Source: Tubiluchus corallicola (lineage: Eukaryota > Animalia > Priapulida). From it: a DNA stretch of 46,099 nucleotides. Positions 24,978 through 33,912 of the stretch are shown piece by piece (positions within the stretch are counted from its first letter, which is position 1; each line of letters starts with the position of its first letter). Location: assembly GCA_030141605.1 (NCBI GenBank), contig JAQGDQ010001340.1:1-46099 (forward strand), given 5' to 3'. Below the pieces are notes generated by a model. That model was given only the letters and a program-made list of their open reading frames with translations, did not search any database and was not told the origin of the DNA. The position numbers were made by a program, and so were the translations under genes.

Positions 24978-25330
24978 TTTGTACAGATATCAGTGTTGCC
25001 TTTTAATTTGTACACCAGTGTTGCCGTTTAATTTGTAAACTGCATACCAGTGTTGCCTTTTAATTTGTAAACTAGATACCAGTGTTGCCTTTTAATTTGT
25101 ATGCTAGATACCAGTGTTGCCTTTTAATTTGTATGCTAGATACCAGTGTTAGTGTTGCCTTTTAATTTGTACGCTAGATACCAGTGTTGCCTTTTAATTT
25201 GTACGCTAGATACCAGTGTTGCCTTTTAATTTGTACGCTAGATACCAGTGTTGCCTTTTAATTTGTACGCTAGATACCAGTGTTGCCTTTTAATTTGTAC
25301 GCTAGATACCAGTGTTGCCTTTTAATTTGT
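24978..25330. repeat. Minisatellite, 32-bp unit, ~11 copies
   Basis: Unit ACCAGTGTTGCCTTTTAATTTGTACGCTAGAT. Confidence 0.95.
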
Positions 25331-25398
25331 CATATGGTTAATGGCACTGATACTGACTGCAATTTATCTATTATTAATCATTCTTTGTTAATAATTAA

Positions 25399-25944
25399 AG
25401 AAGACCGGATGATTGTTTAGACTCAATCTCATTTTATTTATTTTTTGTCCAAAATACACATTTTCTTGCCTATAAAAGTAAACAATTGTTCCTTATATTT
25501 GAACAATTAGCTTAGAAAGTTAATTAACAGCAACCGAACACAGCTATTGCTTACGTCAGAAACTAACCACAGCTTGTGCAATGGCAGGTATCTTCCCTTG
25601 CATGTCAAGCACATTTGTGTAAGTGTTACAGTACTGTTTGAACACATGATGTCACGAAAAATGGGCTATCATATGACGTCAGTAACTAACACAGCAGTTC
25701 ATGGTCATGATTATCACGGTACCGCCTTCTATTTGTCGGCGACGCGAATATGACAAAAAGGCGCCGTTGCCAATCTTAGTAGATTCACTGAGCCGCGCGT
25801 AGCTTTGAAAGTTTAACGAAATTTGAGTATCCGAGGTAATTATTGTTTAATCTAAACTTTGATTTAAAAAAAGCTATTGTAGTTTTCAATATTTTAGAGC
25901 ATTCTTTATTCTGAACTCGTGTTCATACAATCATCCGTTTTTCT
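25399..25944 (+). mobile_element. Kolobok-like MITE family B, full copy
   Basis: TTAA|AGAAGACCGGATGATTGT...ACAATCATCCGTTTTTCT|TTAA; second copy at about 30555-31075. Confidence 0.8.
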
Positions 25945-26057
25945 TTAATAATAATACTGGGAGGAACTAAAAATTATTACAAATTTTGGATTTTGTCAGT
26001 GTCAATTTAATACCTGTTCATGTTGTGATTGAAAATTCATTATTGCATCAGTTTCAG

Positions 26058-26197
26058 GTGTAAGCCCTGGACAAACGCCACCACAGAGTCCGCCACTTTC
26101 ACCAGGCTCCGTGCGGAAGAGCAAGTCACCAGGTCCCAGCCATAGTGGGGCGGCAACGAGGGAATTCACTCCACCACCCAAACTTGCTCAATATCAG
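26058..26197 (+). CDS. PAN3: PAN3 coding exon 4: (G)VSPGQTPPQSPPLSPGSVRKSKSPGPSHSGAATREFTPPPKLAQYQ
   Basis: tttcag| and CAG|gttcg; 140 bp, phase 1-0; ends in the Q that precedes the conserved ENVGGTTYFY. Confidence 0.82.
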
Positions 26198-26339
26198 GTT
26201 CGTTATTCTGTTCATCTTGAAGTGGTTTATTGAAGTTTATTGATTATTGAAGTTATTGATTATTGATTTATTGAAGTTTATCTTGTTGAAGTTTGAACTT
26301 TGACCTCTCTTAAACTTTTAGTTTCTAATATACTGAAAT

Positions 26340-26968
26340 GTGTACAAAGCAACTCGTGCTTATGATCGCTGGTTCAAGCCAAAATGTATTTGTGTGTTAC
26401 ATTGGAAACTTATTTTATTAGCAGTATGCAGTATGTAAATAGGTCGTTGCCATTAAATGCATTCGTACCTCCGTTTTCGAACGTCTCCGTACTCGTATAA
26501 ATCGGTTTTCCAGCAGAAAAATCCAGCTGAAATTGTCTCCGCTTTCGACGAGAATTTCGGTACTTGACCAACCGCCCACAGAACACATGCGCGGCGATCC
26601 GAGTAGAGCCCACCGTAACCGACCGCGCCCGAGAGTAGATACACGCAAGATTTGAATCGCCTAATATCGCTAAGTGCTTTCTACGCTTATTTTTCTCCGC
26701 TTTTTCCGTGCAGGAATAATTATGTTTTTCTTTCAAAGTAATTCTATTATGTTTTTCTTATCAATTATATCACATCTACTGTTTGAATAAACATTTTTGC
26801 ATTATTATATTTCGTTTTAGTAATACTTTACAGTTCGTTTGGTGCTTGAGAACGGATTATTTGCTTTTACATTATTTCTAATGGGAATAAGTGATTCGGT
26901 TCTCAACCAAATTTGGTTTTCAAACACTTTTTAGGAACGAGTTACGGTCGAAAACAGAGGTGTGACTG
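26340..26968. mobile_element. pogo/Tigger-like non-autonomous fragment
   Basis: Ends GAAAACAGAGGTGTGACTG|TA; left boundary uncertain. Confidence 0.5.
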
Positions 26969-27374
26969 TATTACAACTTAACATCAAGTTTTTAATTAAT
27001 GTCATTACGTCATTAATGACAAAATGTAATAATTTTGTCAAAACGTTTTGGTGTAAAAATTAGCATAAATTTGTGAAAGTGGATTTAAAAAATCAAACGG
27101 TATAAAAATAATAATCTGTGACAGGCAAGAAACACATATAATGAGTGGAAGAAAAGAAAAAAAACACAATATCAAGCCTTGCAGCTAAATATATATGTAT
27201 GCATGGTTTGCATCGGCCGTAACGCTGTATAAAACGTGTAAATTTAAACTCCTGCGATGACAGTTAGGCGCAGCCATTTTAATGGCAGGTCGTTTAAAAC
27301 AAGTTTTGATATCATTAAATAAAGTTTGAAAAAATAATCAGAGCATTCGTAGCATACATGTTGCTAATTAAGTA

Positions 27375-27790
27375 AAATTTTAAATTACTGTATCTTGTCA
27401 ATAAGATTAAAAATACGTTTTTGGTTAGTGAGTGGCGCACCCTGGAGGGTGAGCCATCGACATTTTGCTAATTGGCACGAACGTTTTAAATTATTATTTC
27501 TACTTACATAAGCCTTTACTGCAGGTAAATGAAATGCTAAGTAATATAGATTTGCACGGAAAAGTCTTTTGGGTCATAATTTAACATTGCCTTTCCTTTC
27601 CCTGATTTACGTGGCGTAGTGACGTCATGTAATGGCGCCGTCGGAACAGTATTGCGGGAGATTTAAAATGAAAACAAACGAAAATTCCTTTCAACACGAA
27701 TACGACATGTGCATAAAATTGCTGTAAAGTAGCATAATTTTTTAAGACGATTTTTCTGAAACCTACTTCAGGTGCCCCTTTTCTTGTCCT
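27375..27790 (-). mobile_element. Kolobok-like MITE family A, inverted partial copy
   Basis: Reverse complement of 7366-7790; ends CCCCTTTTCTTGTCCT|TTAA. Confidence 0.82.
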
Positions 27791-28214
27791 TTAAATTAAG
27801 ATTATGTTTACATGCATCTGGTACAGTGATAATTAATGCAAAAATATGAAGTACCTTTTAGTAAAACAATTTTTGTCTTTAGGTTAAACAATTACGGTAA
27901 GTTATGTGTCATTCAGTCTACTTACTTTTGCTGAGAAGTTCTCAAAGCTGTATTATTATCATTGTAAAACTAATGAGTGACCACTGGTTAGTTAAAGTAA
28001 GCATTTCTTACAAATGACCACATTTAAGCAATAGGCTTATGTTGGCTAGCTGGCCGTTTGTTTATATTATACTAAATTTGAGGTGATTTGGCCTTTTCAA
28101 AATAGTCTGTGCTGTAAAATATGTGTAATTAATGGTGTCACGTTGGTCAGCTGGTGGCGATATTTAGGTGATCATCACTGGCCAGTTATCAGCGATTGAA
28201 CTTTGACCTTTCAG

Positions 28215-28283
28215 GAAAATGTGGGTGGTACTACCTATTTCTACACGCAAGAGGAATATCAGCCATTACCAAAACCTAGCATT
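28215..28283 (+). CDS. PAN3: PAN3 coding exon 5: ENVGGTTYFYTQEEYQPLPKPSI
   Basis: Diagnostic E.VGGTTYFY motif; tttcag| and |gtaagt; 69 bp, phase 0-0. Confidence 0.93.
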
Positions 28284-28298
28284 GTAAGTGCTGTGCAT

Positions 28299-28670
28299 GT
28301 GTGTGTGTGGTGCACACGGTGCATGATGCACAAATGTGTGAGTGTGTGGTGCACACGGCACATGATGCACAAATGCGTGAGTGTGTGGTGCGCACGGTGC
28401 ATGATGTACAAATGCGTGAGTGTGTGGTGCGCACGGTGCACAAATGCATGAGTGTGTGGTGCACACTGTGCATGATGCACAAATGCGTGAGTGTGTGGTG
28501 CACATGATGCACAAATGCATGAGTGGTGCACACAGTGCATGATACACAAATGCGTGAGTGTATGGTGCACACAGCACATGATACACAAATGCATGAGTGT
28601 GTGGTGCACACAGTGCATGATGTACAAATGCGTGAGTGTGTGGTGCACATGGCACACGATACACAAATGT
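28299..28670. repeat. Minisatellite, ~39-bp unit, ~10 imperfect copies
   Basis: Unit GTGTGTGGTGCACACGGTGCATGATGCACAAATGCGTGA. Confidence 0.93.
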
Positions 28671-29415
28671 GTCACATGTGTACTTGCTCTAGTGTCATAC
28701 AGGTTGTGTGTACGTAGTGCTTCCCTTGTAGACAAACTTTACTTTTTGCACAGCATTTTTTAGCTTGCACTCGCTTTGCTTGGTCTCTTTACTTTGCCTT
28801 CATGTAGAAAATTTGCTCTGAGAGCTTCGTGTAATAAGTTTCTATTCACTCCGTACTGATGCTTTCATAACAATCTGTCGGGTTGTTGCATTTGTAGATG
28901 TAGCTCTAATTAGGTATATTTACCTTATGTGGAAGTTTTAGCTGTTTCATTTAATTTAGAACTATATAATACTGATCATCTGGTTTGATAAGTTTTACTA
29001 AAAATATAATTCTGTTGTTAAATTTATTCGTCTTTCTTTTTATCCGACTACTAATTTTATAGAATGTGTGGGTTTCTCTATCTGGCTAATGTTGTACAGT
29101 TTTGCAACTAGGTTTTCGTAGATGTACTTTCTATCATGTTTTCATTGAAAAACTTTTTGCTAATTTGCAAGGTGTATGTGGTAGTAACTAATGCACATCA
29201 AAAACAAGCATTTTTCAGTTTGTGCGATGGAAGAATTGCAGCAAGTCATTTTCATTTTCATTTTTGTCAAAAACTTCAAATCTCAGATCTGCTGGACATA
29301 TTTTTGAATTGTGACGTTTGTAAGTCATTTGCTTTATTAATTTTTTTCAATAAATTGGTAATTCTTGCATTTATATATCATCCTGATTCTTAATCCTCGC
29401 ATTTTGTTTTCATAG

Positions 29416-29520
29416 GTGCTTCCAGATTACAATGTTTATCCGCCTGTACCAGCGCACATTGCTCAGCTAAAACCCAAGCCGAATGCGCCGTCATTTTTCA
29501 TGCCAGATGAGCTTCGCTTG
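29416..29520 (+). CDS. PAN3: PAN3 coding exon 6: VLPDYNVYPPVPAHIAQLKPKPNAPSFFMPDELRL
   Basis: Matches PAN3 NAPSFFM.DELR; ttttcatag| and |gtaagt; 105 bp, phase 0-0. Confidence 0.95.
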
Positions 29521-29587
29521 GTAAGTCTTATTAATCAATTGAGTTAGGAGGTTGTGAAGTAAACGTTGTTTTTCTAATAACATAGAC

Positions 29588-30002
29588 CAGGGGTGTGCAA
29601 ACTGCGGCCCGCCGAGAGATCTTGTGCGGCCCGCGAAGAGGTTTGCCAACGTAATGAAAGTGCGGCCCACGCGATCCAGCTGAAGTCTGCGCCCATATCG
29701 CAAAGATAGTGCTGGTAGTTTTTTCCTCTAGATCGGATGGCATTAACCCTTACAAGACCGTTGTCACTTAATGTCACTGTCGGACATGACAAAATATATG
29801 GTTTTTAATATAAATTTTACTAACTTCTAAAACAGTTTCTTGAGTGTAGTAGTGCAGTGGTAATGATGTGCTCAAATCGGATGCAAAAAAATCGTTATTA
29901 GGTCCTACTGTACTTGGCTTCTTGATCAAACTGCATGTGGCCCACATGAATTGCGGGAATGTTTAATGTGGCCTGGCTAGTCAGATAATGTGCACACCCC
30001 TG
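29588..30002 (+). mobile_element. hAT (Charlie/Buster-like) MITE family C, full copy, 415 bp
   Basis: TIRs CAGGGGTGTGCA...TGCACACCCCTG; perfect 8-bp TSD ACATAGAC (29580-29587, 30003-30010) with central TA. Confidence 0.92.
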
Positions 30003-30554
30003 ACATAGACAGTTATTGTCTGTGTTAGTGATGGAGGTTTAATAGACACAAACATGTATGAATCAATATAATCATCAAATGTACAGTAATTTCGATAATC
30101 CTGAGCAAAATGTACATGTTACACATTTGTGAAAGTCGTTTTTGAAGTTGTTGTTCAATCGCTTTGTTATGATTGAGTTTAGACACGGAGAAGTATGGAT
30201 AGGAACCAAAAATCTATAATAAATATTTGCACTGCACACAACAGAAAAGTGTTTATTAAACTACAGAAAACATGAGTAGCAAAACTGCTGCATTGAACAT
30301 TGAGCAAAAACTAGAAAGCAAAAACAGTCAGTAAAACTTGTTTCACAGCCAGTATACAGGTATTGAACTTGACCTATGCAGAGTTGCACAGGCTTCACAA
30401 CAACCATTAGTTTTAGATAGGGAGAGGACCAGTGTGTATGTATCACTGGACCATACAATTATACTGAAGGTAAGTCAGCTGGTAGAACGTAACAAGATTA
30501 GCACGTAGATGGCAGCACCTAACTACAATGTACAATTCCAACTTCCACAACATT

Positions 30555-31075
30555 GAAAGACCAGACGATTGGTTAGACTCAATCTCATTTTAATTTACTG
30601 TCCAAAATATACATTTTCTTGCCTATAAAAGTTAGCAATTGTTTCTTATATTTGAATAATTAGCTTGGAAAGTTAATTAATGGCAACAACGGAACACAGC
30701 TATTGCTTATGTCAGAAATTAAGCACAGTTTGTACAATGGCAGGCGTCTTCCCTTGCGCATCAAGCACATTTGCATAAGGGTTACAGTACTGCTTAAATG
30801 CATGATGTTACGAAACTAACACTGCAGTTCATGATCATGCTTATCACGGCACCGTCTTCTACTTATCGGCGACGCGAATGTGAGAAAAAGGCACCGCTGC
30901 CAATCTTAGTAGATTCACTGAGCCGCGCGTAGCTTTGAAAGTTTAACAAAATTCGAGTATCTGAGGTAATTATTATTTAACCTAAGCTTTGATTTAAAGA
31001 AAGCTATTGTAGTTTTCAATATTTTAGAGTATTCTATATTCTGAACTAATGTTTACACAATCATCCGGTTTTCCT
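30555..31075 (+). mobile_element. Kolobok-like MITE family B, copy 2
   Basis: Colinear with 25399-25944, with one internal deletion. Confidence 0.82.
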
Positions 31076-31234
31076 TTATTACTATGTAGTTATATGTTCT
31101 GAAAGTCTAAAAGGCTTGTAATAAAATCTACAGTTATTACGAAAGCTTTTTCTTGTAAAATGTTTATCGAAAGTTGTTTTTGAGTTATTTCATTGTATGC
31201 TACACGTTGCTGACATTTTACTCGCTGTATTTAG

Positions 31235-31451
31235 GACATTCTGAACAGGCATTCGTTGACACTAGCGCAAGTCAATCCCGAACAGGTTCCAGATCTACCG
31301 ACCGAGGTCGACAGCTATCACAACCTCGTACCTCTAGAGCCGCCGCCAGCCAACCCCATGGAAAAGTCGAACACATTTGGATACACGACCTCTGTGTATA
31401 AAGCTACACACATGAAGACCGGCTTGACGTATTGTCTTCGCCGAATACACG
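31235..31451 (+). CDS. PAN3: PAN3 coding exon 7 (start of pseudokinase): DILNRHSLTLAQ...PTEVDSYHNLVPLEP...YKATHMKTGLTYCLRRIH
   Basis: PTEVDSYH.L.PLEP and YCLRRIHG are PAN3 signatures; tttag| and G|gtatag; 217 bp, phase 0-1. Confidence 0.97.
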
Positions 31452-31513
31452 GTATAGATACTTTCAGTACGGGGTGCAAATTTCGTGTCCGTAGTAACAG
31501 AAGACAACAAACC

Positions 31514-32005
31514 CAGGGATGAGAATTTTCCACAGGAATTCCGAGTTTTTGGAAGACCAGTAGTGCCGTTTTTGTAAATCGCGTAAATTCGTTGAGAAAA
31601 TTTGTACGCACCCAGTACATTATTTCACCAGCTGACCGCTAGTTGGCAGGCCGTCACTTTGTTTACATCACGTACATCAGTGTAACCACGTGTACATCTC
31701 TATGTATAAAAATATAGAATCAATTGTGCAGAGTTATTTGAGTCAATTGCAGACAGTTTTTATATACTTCTGCATAGGAGCAGCCATTACTTACGCGTTT
31801 TTGTGACAATTAGGTATCATGTATCCTTGATAGTTGGCTATTTTAAATTATGCATGAAAGAAGGTAATTGATATTTTAAGTCCACATGGAGGCTCTCTCT
31901 GGTCACAAAATTGAAATTTTGTTGCTGGCCCCATTGGGGCCTAGGCGGCCCTAAAACCCCGCGGCCTGTTTCAGAGATTTTTGCAATTTGTTGTTCTCAT
32001 CCCTG
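31514..32005 (+). mobile_element. hAT-like MITE family D, copy 1
   Basis: TIRs CAGGGATGAGAA...TTCTCATCCCTG; homologous to 40172-40682; no clear TSD. Confidence 0.85.
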
Positions 32006-32143
32006 CAAGTGAGGTTAACATTCTGTCATGATTTATACGATTCTGTGCAGAAAGTGCCATTTTTTAATCAACTTTGCTTCAAGCAAATTCGTTTTATTAC
32101 AAATGACTTAGTATTAAATTACCAAGAATGCAACATGTTTCAG

Positions 32144-32260
32144 GCTTTAGGCTGGTCAACATGAAGGCACTTGCTCTGGTTGATATTTGGAAGAAACTTG
32201 TACATGCGAACATTGTACAGCTACGAGAAGTGTTTACTACGAAAGCATTCAACGACCACT
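32144..32260 (+). CDS. PAN3: PAN3 coding exon 8: (G)FRLVNMKALALVDIWKKLVHANIVQLREVFTTKAFNDH
   Basis: PAN3 motifs FRLVN, WKK, H.NIV.LREVFTTKAF; tttcag| and |gtaagt; 117 bp, phase 1-1. Confidence 0.97.
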
Positions 32261-32320
32261 GTAAGTTTGATTCATCGTAGTCGGTCAGTTTTTGCGATTT
32301 TCTGTTTTTAACGCTGTACT

Positions 32321-32532
32321 GCAGGGCTGTGATGAGATGAAGTGTAATACTGGCAGGGGAAGGCAGTAGACTTCTCAGGTGTGCGTGTGAACGTGGCTTT
32401 ATCTAGCACATAGACTCCTATTCTGACCTTGTGTTAGTAAAAGCCACTAGTCACGTGCACACCTGAGCTTATAAAAAGGGAAGGTCTGCTGTAGATACTT
32501 GTCAGTGGTCGTGTCTTTCATTGCAGCTCTGT
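32321..32532 (+). ncRNA. Long intronic RNA hairpin (putative structured cis-element or pri-miRNA-like stem)
   Basis: Six nested helices, about 71 pairs by hand count including 14 G-U, with no A-C pair inside the helices on the + strand. Confidence 0.7.
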
Positions 32533-32610
32533 TCACATTTCACAGGCTTGCCGCAAACTCTGTTCTTTTAGGTAAGCTGTTTGTTCCTTATTGGGGGTGT
32601 GATATTTTGT

Positions 32611-32663
32611 AATAAATTGTCATTTCGACTTTATTATTCGGGTTCTGTTTTGGTTTGGTGTTG
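32611..32663 (+). terminator. Candidate intronic polyadenylation signal
   Basis: AATAAA (32611-32616) followed about 24 nt later by GGGTTCTGTTTTGGTTTGGTGTTG. Confidence 0.35.
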
Positions 32664-33419
32664 AAGGACTTAATTGAGACATGCCGCACGGTGTGGGCCG
32701 CGGTGCCATCCGTCCTGCCTCCGTTAAAAGTGGACAGCAGTCCAATACCTTTCAAAATACCAGGATGTGCTTGTGATTTTTCGTTTCAATTTGTGATTTT
32801 TCATTAATGTCAGATTTCAGAACTCGGTTACAATAATAATCATATTCATGTAAGTTGTTTCGGTACAAACGGCAGCAACACGTTTGCTTTTTGTCTTATG
32901 CTCATAAAAACAGTTGCCTTGTATTGTTGAAATAACTTTGTCTAAGTTTGTATTGATGAAATATAACCTTGGTACATAGTAAAGCCACTGCTTACCTAAA
33001 ATCTGGAAACTTGTAAAAGTTTGCATTGAAAAATAATGACATATAAAACAAATAGGGGGCAGCACAATGACTTATTGTATAAATTAAGAATAATTCTGGG
33101 TACAAAATGTCTTGATTCATAAAAAAACTCAAAAGTTTTGGTTTATCTGCAGAGTTTCATAGCTGTTACTCTTTTTGTAAAAACTGAGAAAAGTGAAAAA
33201 CATTAGAAATGAACAAACTAAGAAATTTGAAGCAGCATAACGAGCAATTACTTACAAATGTGTAACTGGTCCTGGAATTAAAAGTTAGGACCCTAAACCT
33301 TCATATACACAATTTCGATTAAAATGGCTGGGTTTGTTTTTGAAACCAAAATTTTAATGATTACGAGTCAAAATCAGTTGCAGTTTACAGTTTTTGATCA
33401 TTTACTTTTTTACTTGTAG

Positions 33420-33497
33420 CTTTGGTGTTTGCACATGATTACCATCCGGCATCGGAAACACTGATGACACGGCATTTCACTTCCCAATCACAGCTAG
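33420..33497 (+). CDS. PAN3: PAN3 coding exon 9: (S)LVFAHDYHPASETLMTRHFTSQSQL
   Basis: Matches SLVFA.D.H...ET.M.RHF; tttttacttgtag| and TAG|gtaaga; 78 bp, phase 1-1. Confidence 0.95.
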
Positions 33498-33547
33498 GTA
33501 AGAAAACAGCCTTATAGGTTTTCCTGTATATGTCCTGTATAATATAC

Positions 33548-33912
33548 GTGTGTGGCCATATCACGTTGAAAACACCGGTTCTCGTCTGATCACCGAAGTT
33601 AAGCAACGGAGAGCCTGGTTAGCGCTTGGAATACCAGGTGCTAAAGGCTTGCGGGATGAACACACTGTATCTCGACACTAGGCGGAGGAGCTGCACAAGC
33701 AGCCAACGGCTAGAGGGCGGAGGAGGTCAAGTGACCCAATGGCCATGTGTAGAGGAGTAAACCTTCCTAATCAGGAGTGGAGCCCCGAAGGCGGACCAGT
33801 GCAGCATGCTCACTGACTCCGGCAGCTCCTCTAGCCAACCTGGTGCCAAACGTATCCTTTGGACTACACCAGGGAGGAAGAGAGGGGGTTCCTGTTGTCT
33901 GGGCAAAATAAA
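33548..33912 (+). mobile_element. 5S rRNA-headed SINE (SINE3-type) with RTE-5'UTR-like body
   Basis: 33548-33650 is invertebrate-type 5S (GGCCATATCACGTTGAAAACACCGGTTCTCGTCTGATCACCGAAGTTAAGCAAC...GGCTT) with a ~17-nt deletion over box C. It is fused directly to a GC-rich body with no oligo-T terminator between. Confidence 0.72.

Noticed and set aside
28203-28763. His/Cys-rich, metallothionein-like ORFs
   Set aside because: Translations of the 39-bp repeat; only 28215-28283 is a real exon.
32329-32545. Box C/D or H/ACA snoRNA (GTGATGA at 32329; ACA after the stem)
   Set aside because: The box C-like motif is fully paired with no terminal CTGA opposite it, and there is no two-hairpin H/ACA layout; cannot be fully excluded without a covariance search.
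33548-33650. Functional 5S rRNA gene
   Set aside because: Box C region deleted, terminal stem mutated, no oligo-T terminator, fused to foreign sequence.
33651-33912. HDV-like ribozyme in the RTE-like body
   Set aside because: I could not assemble the P1-P2-P3-P1.1-P4 double pseudoknot by eye.
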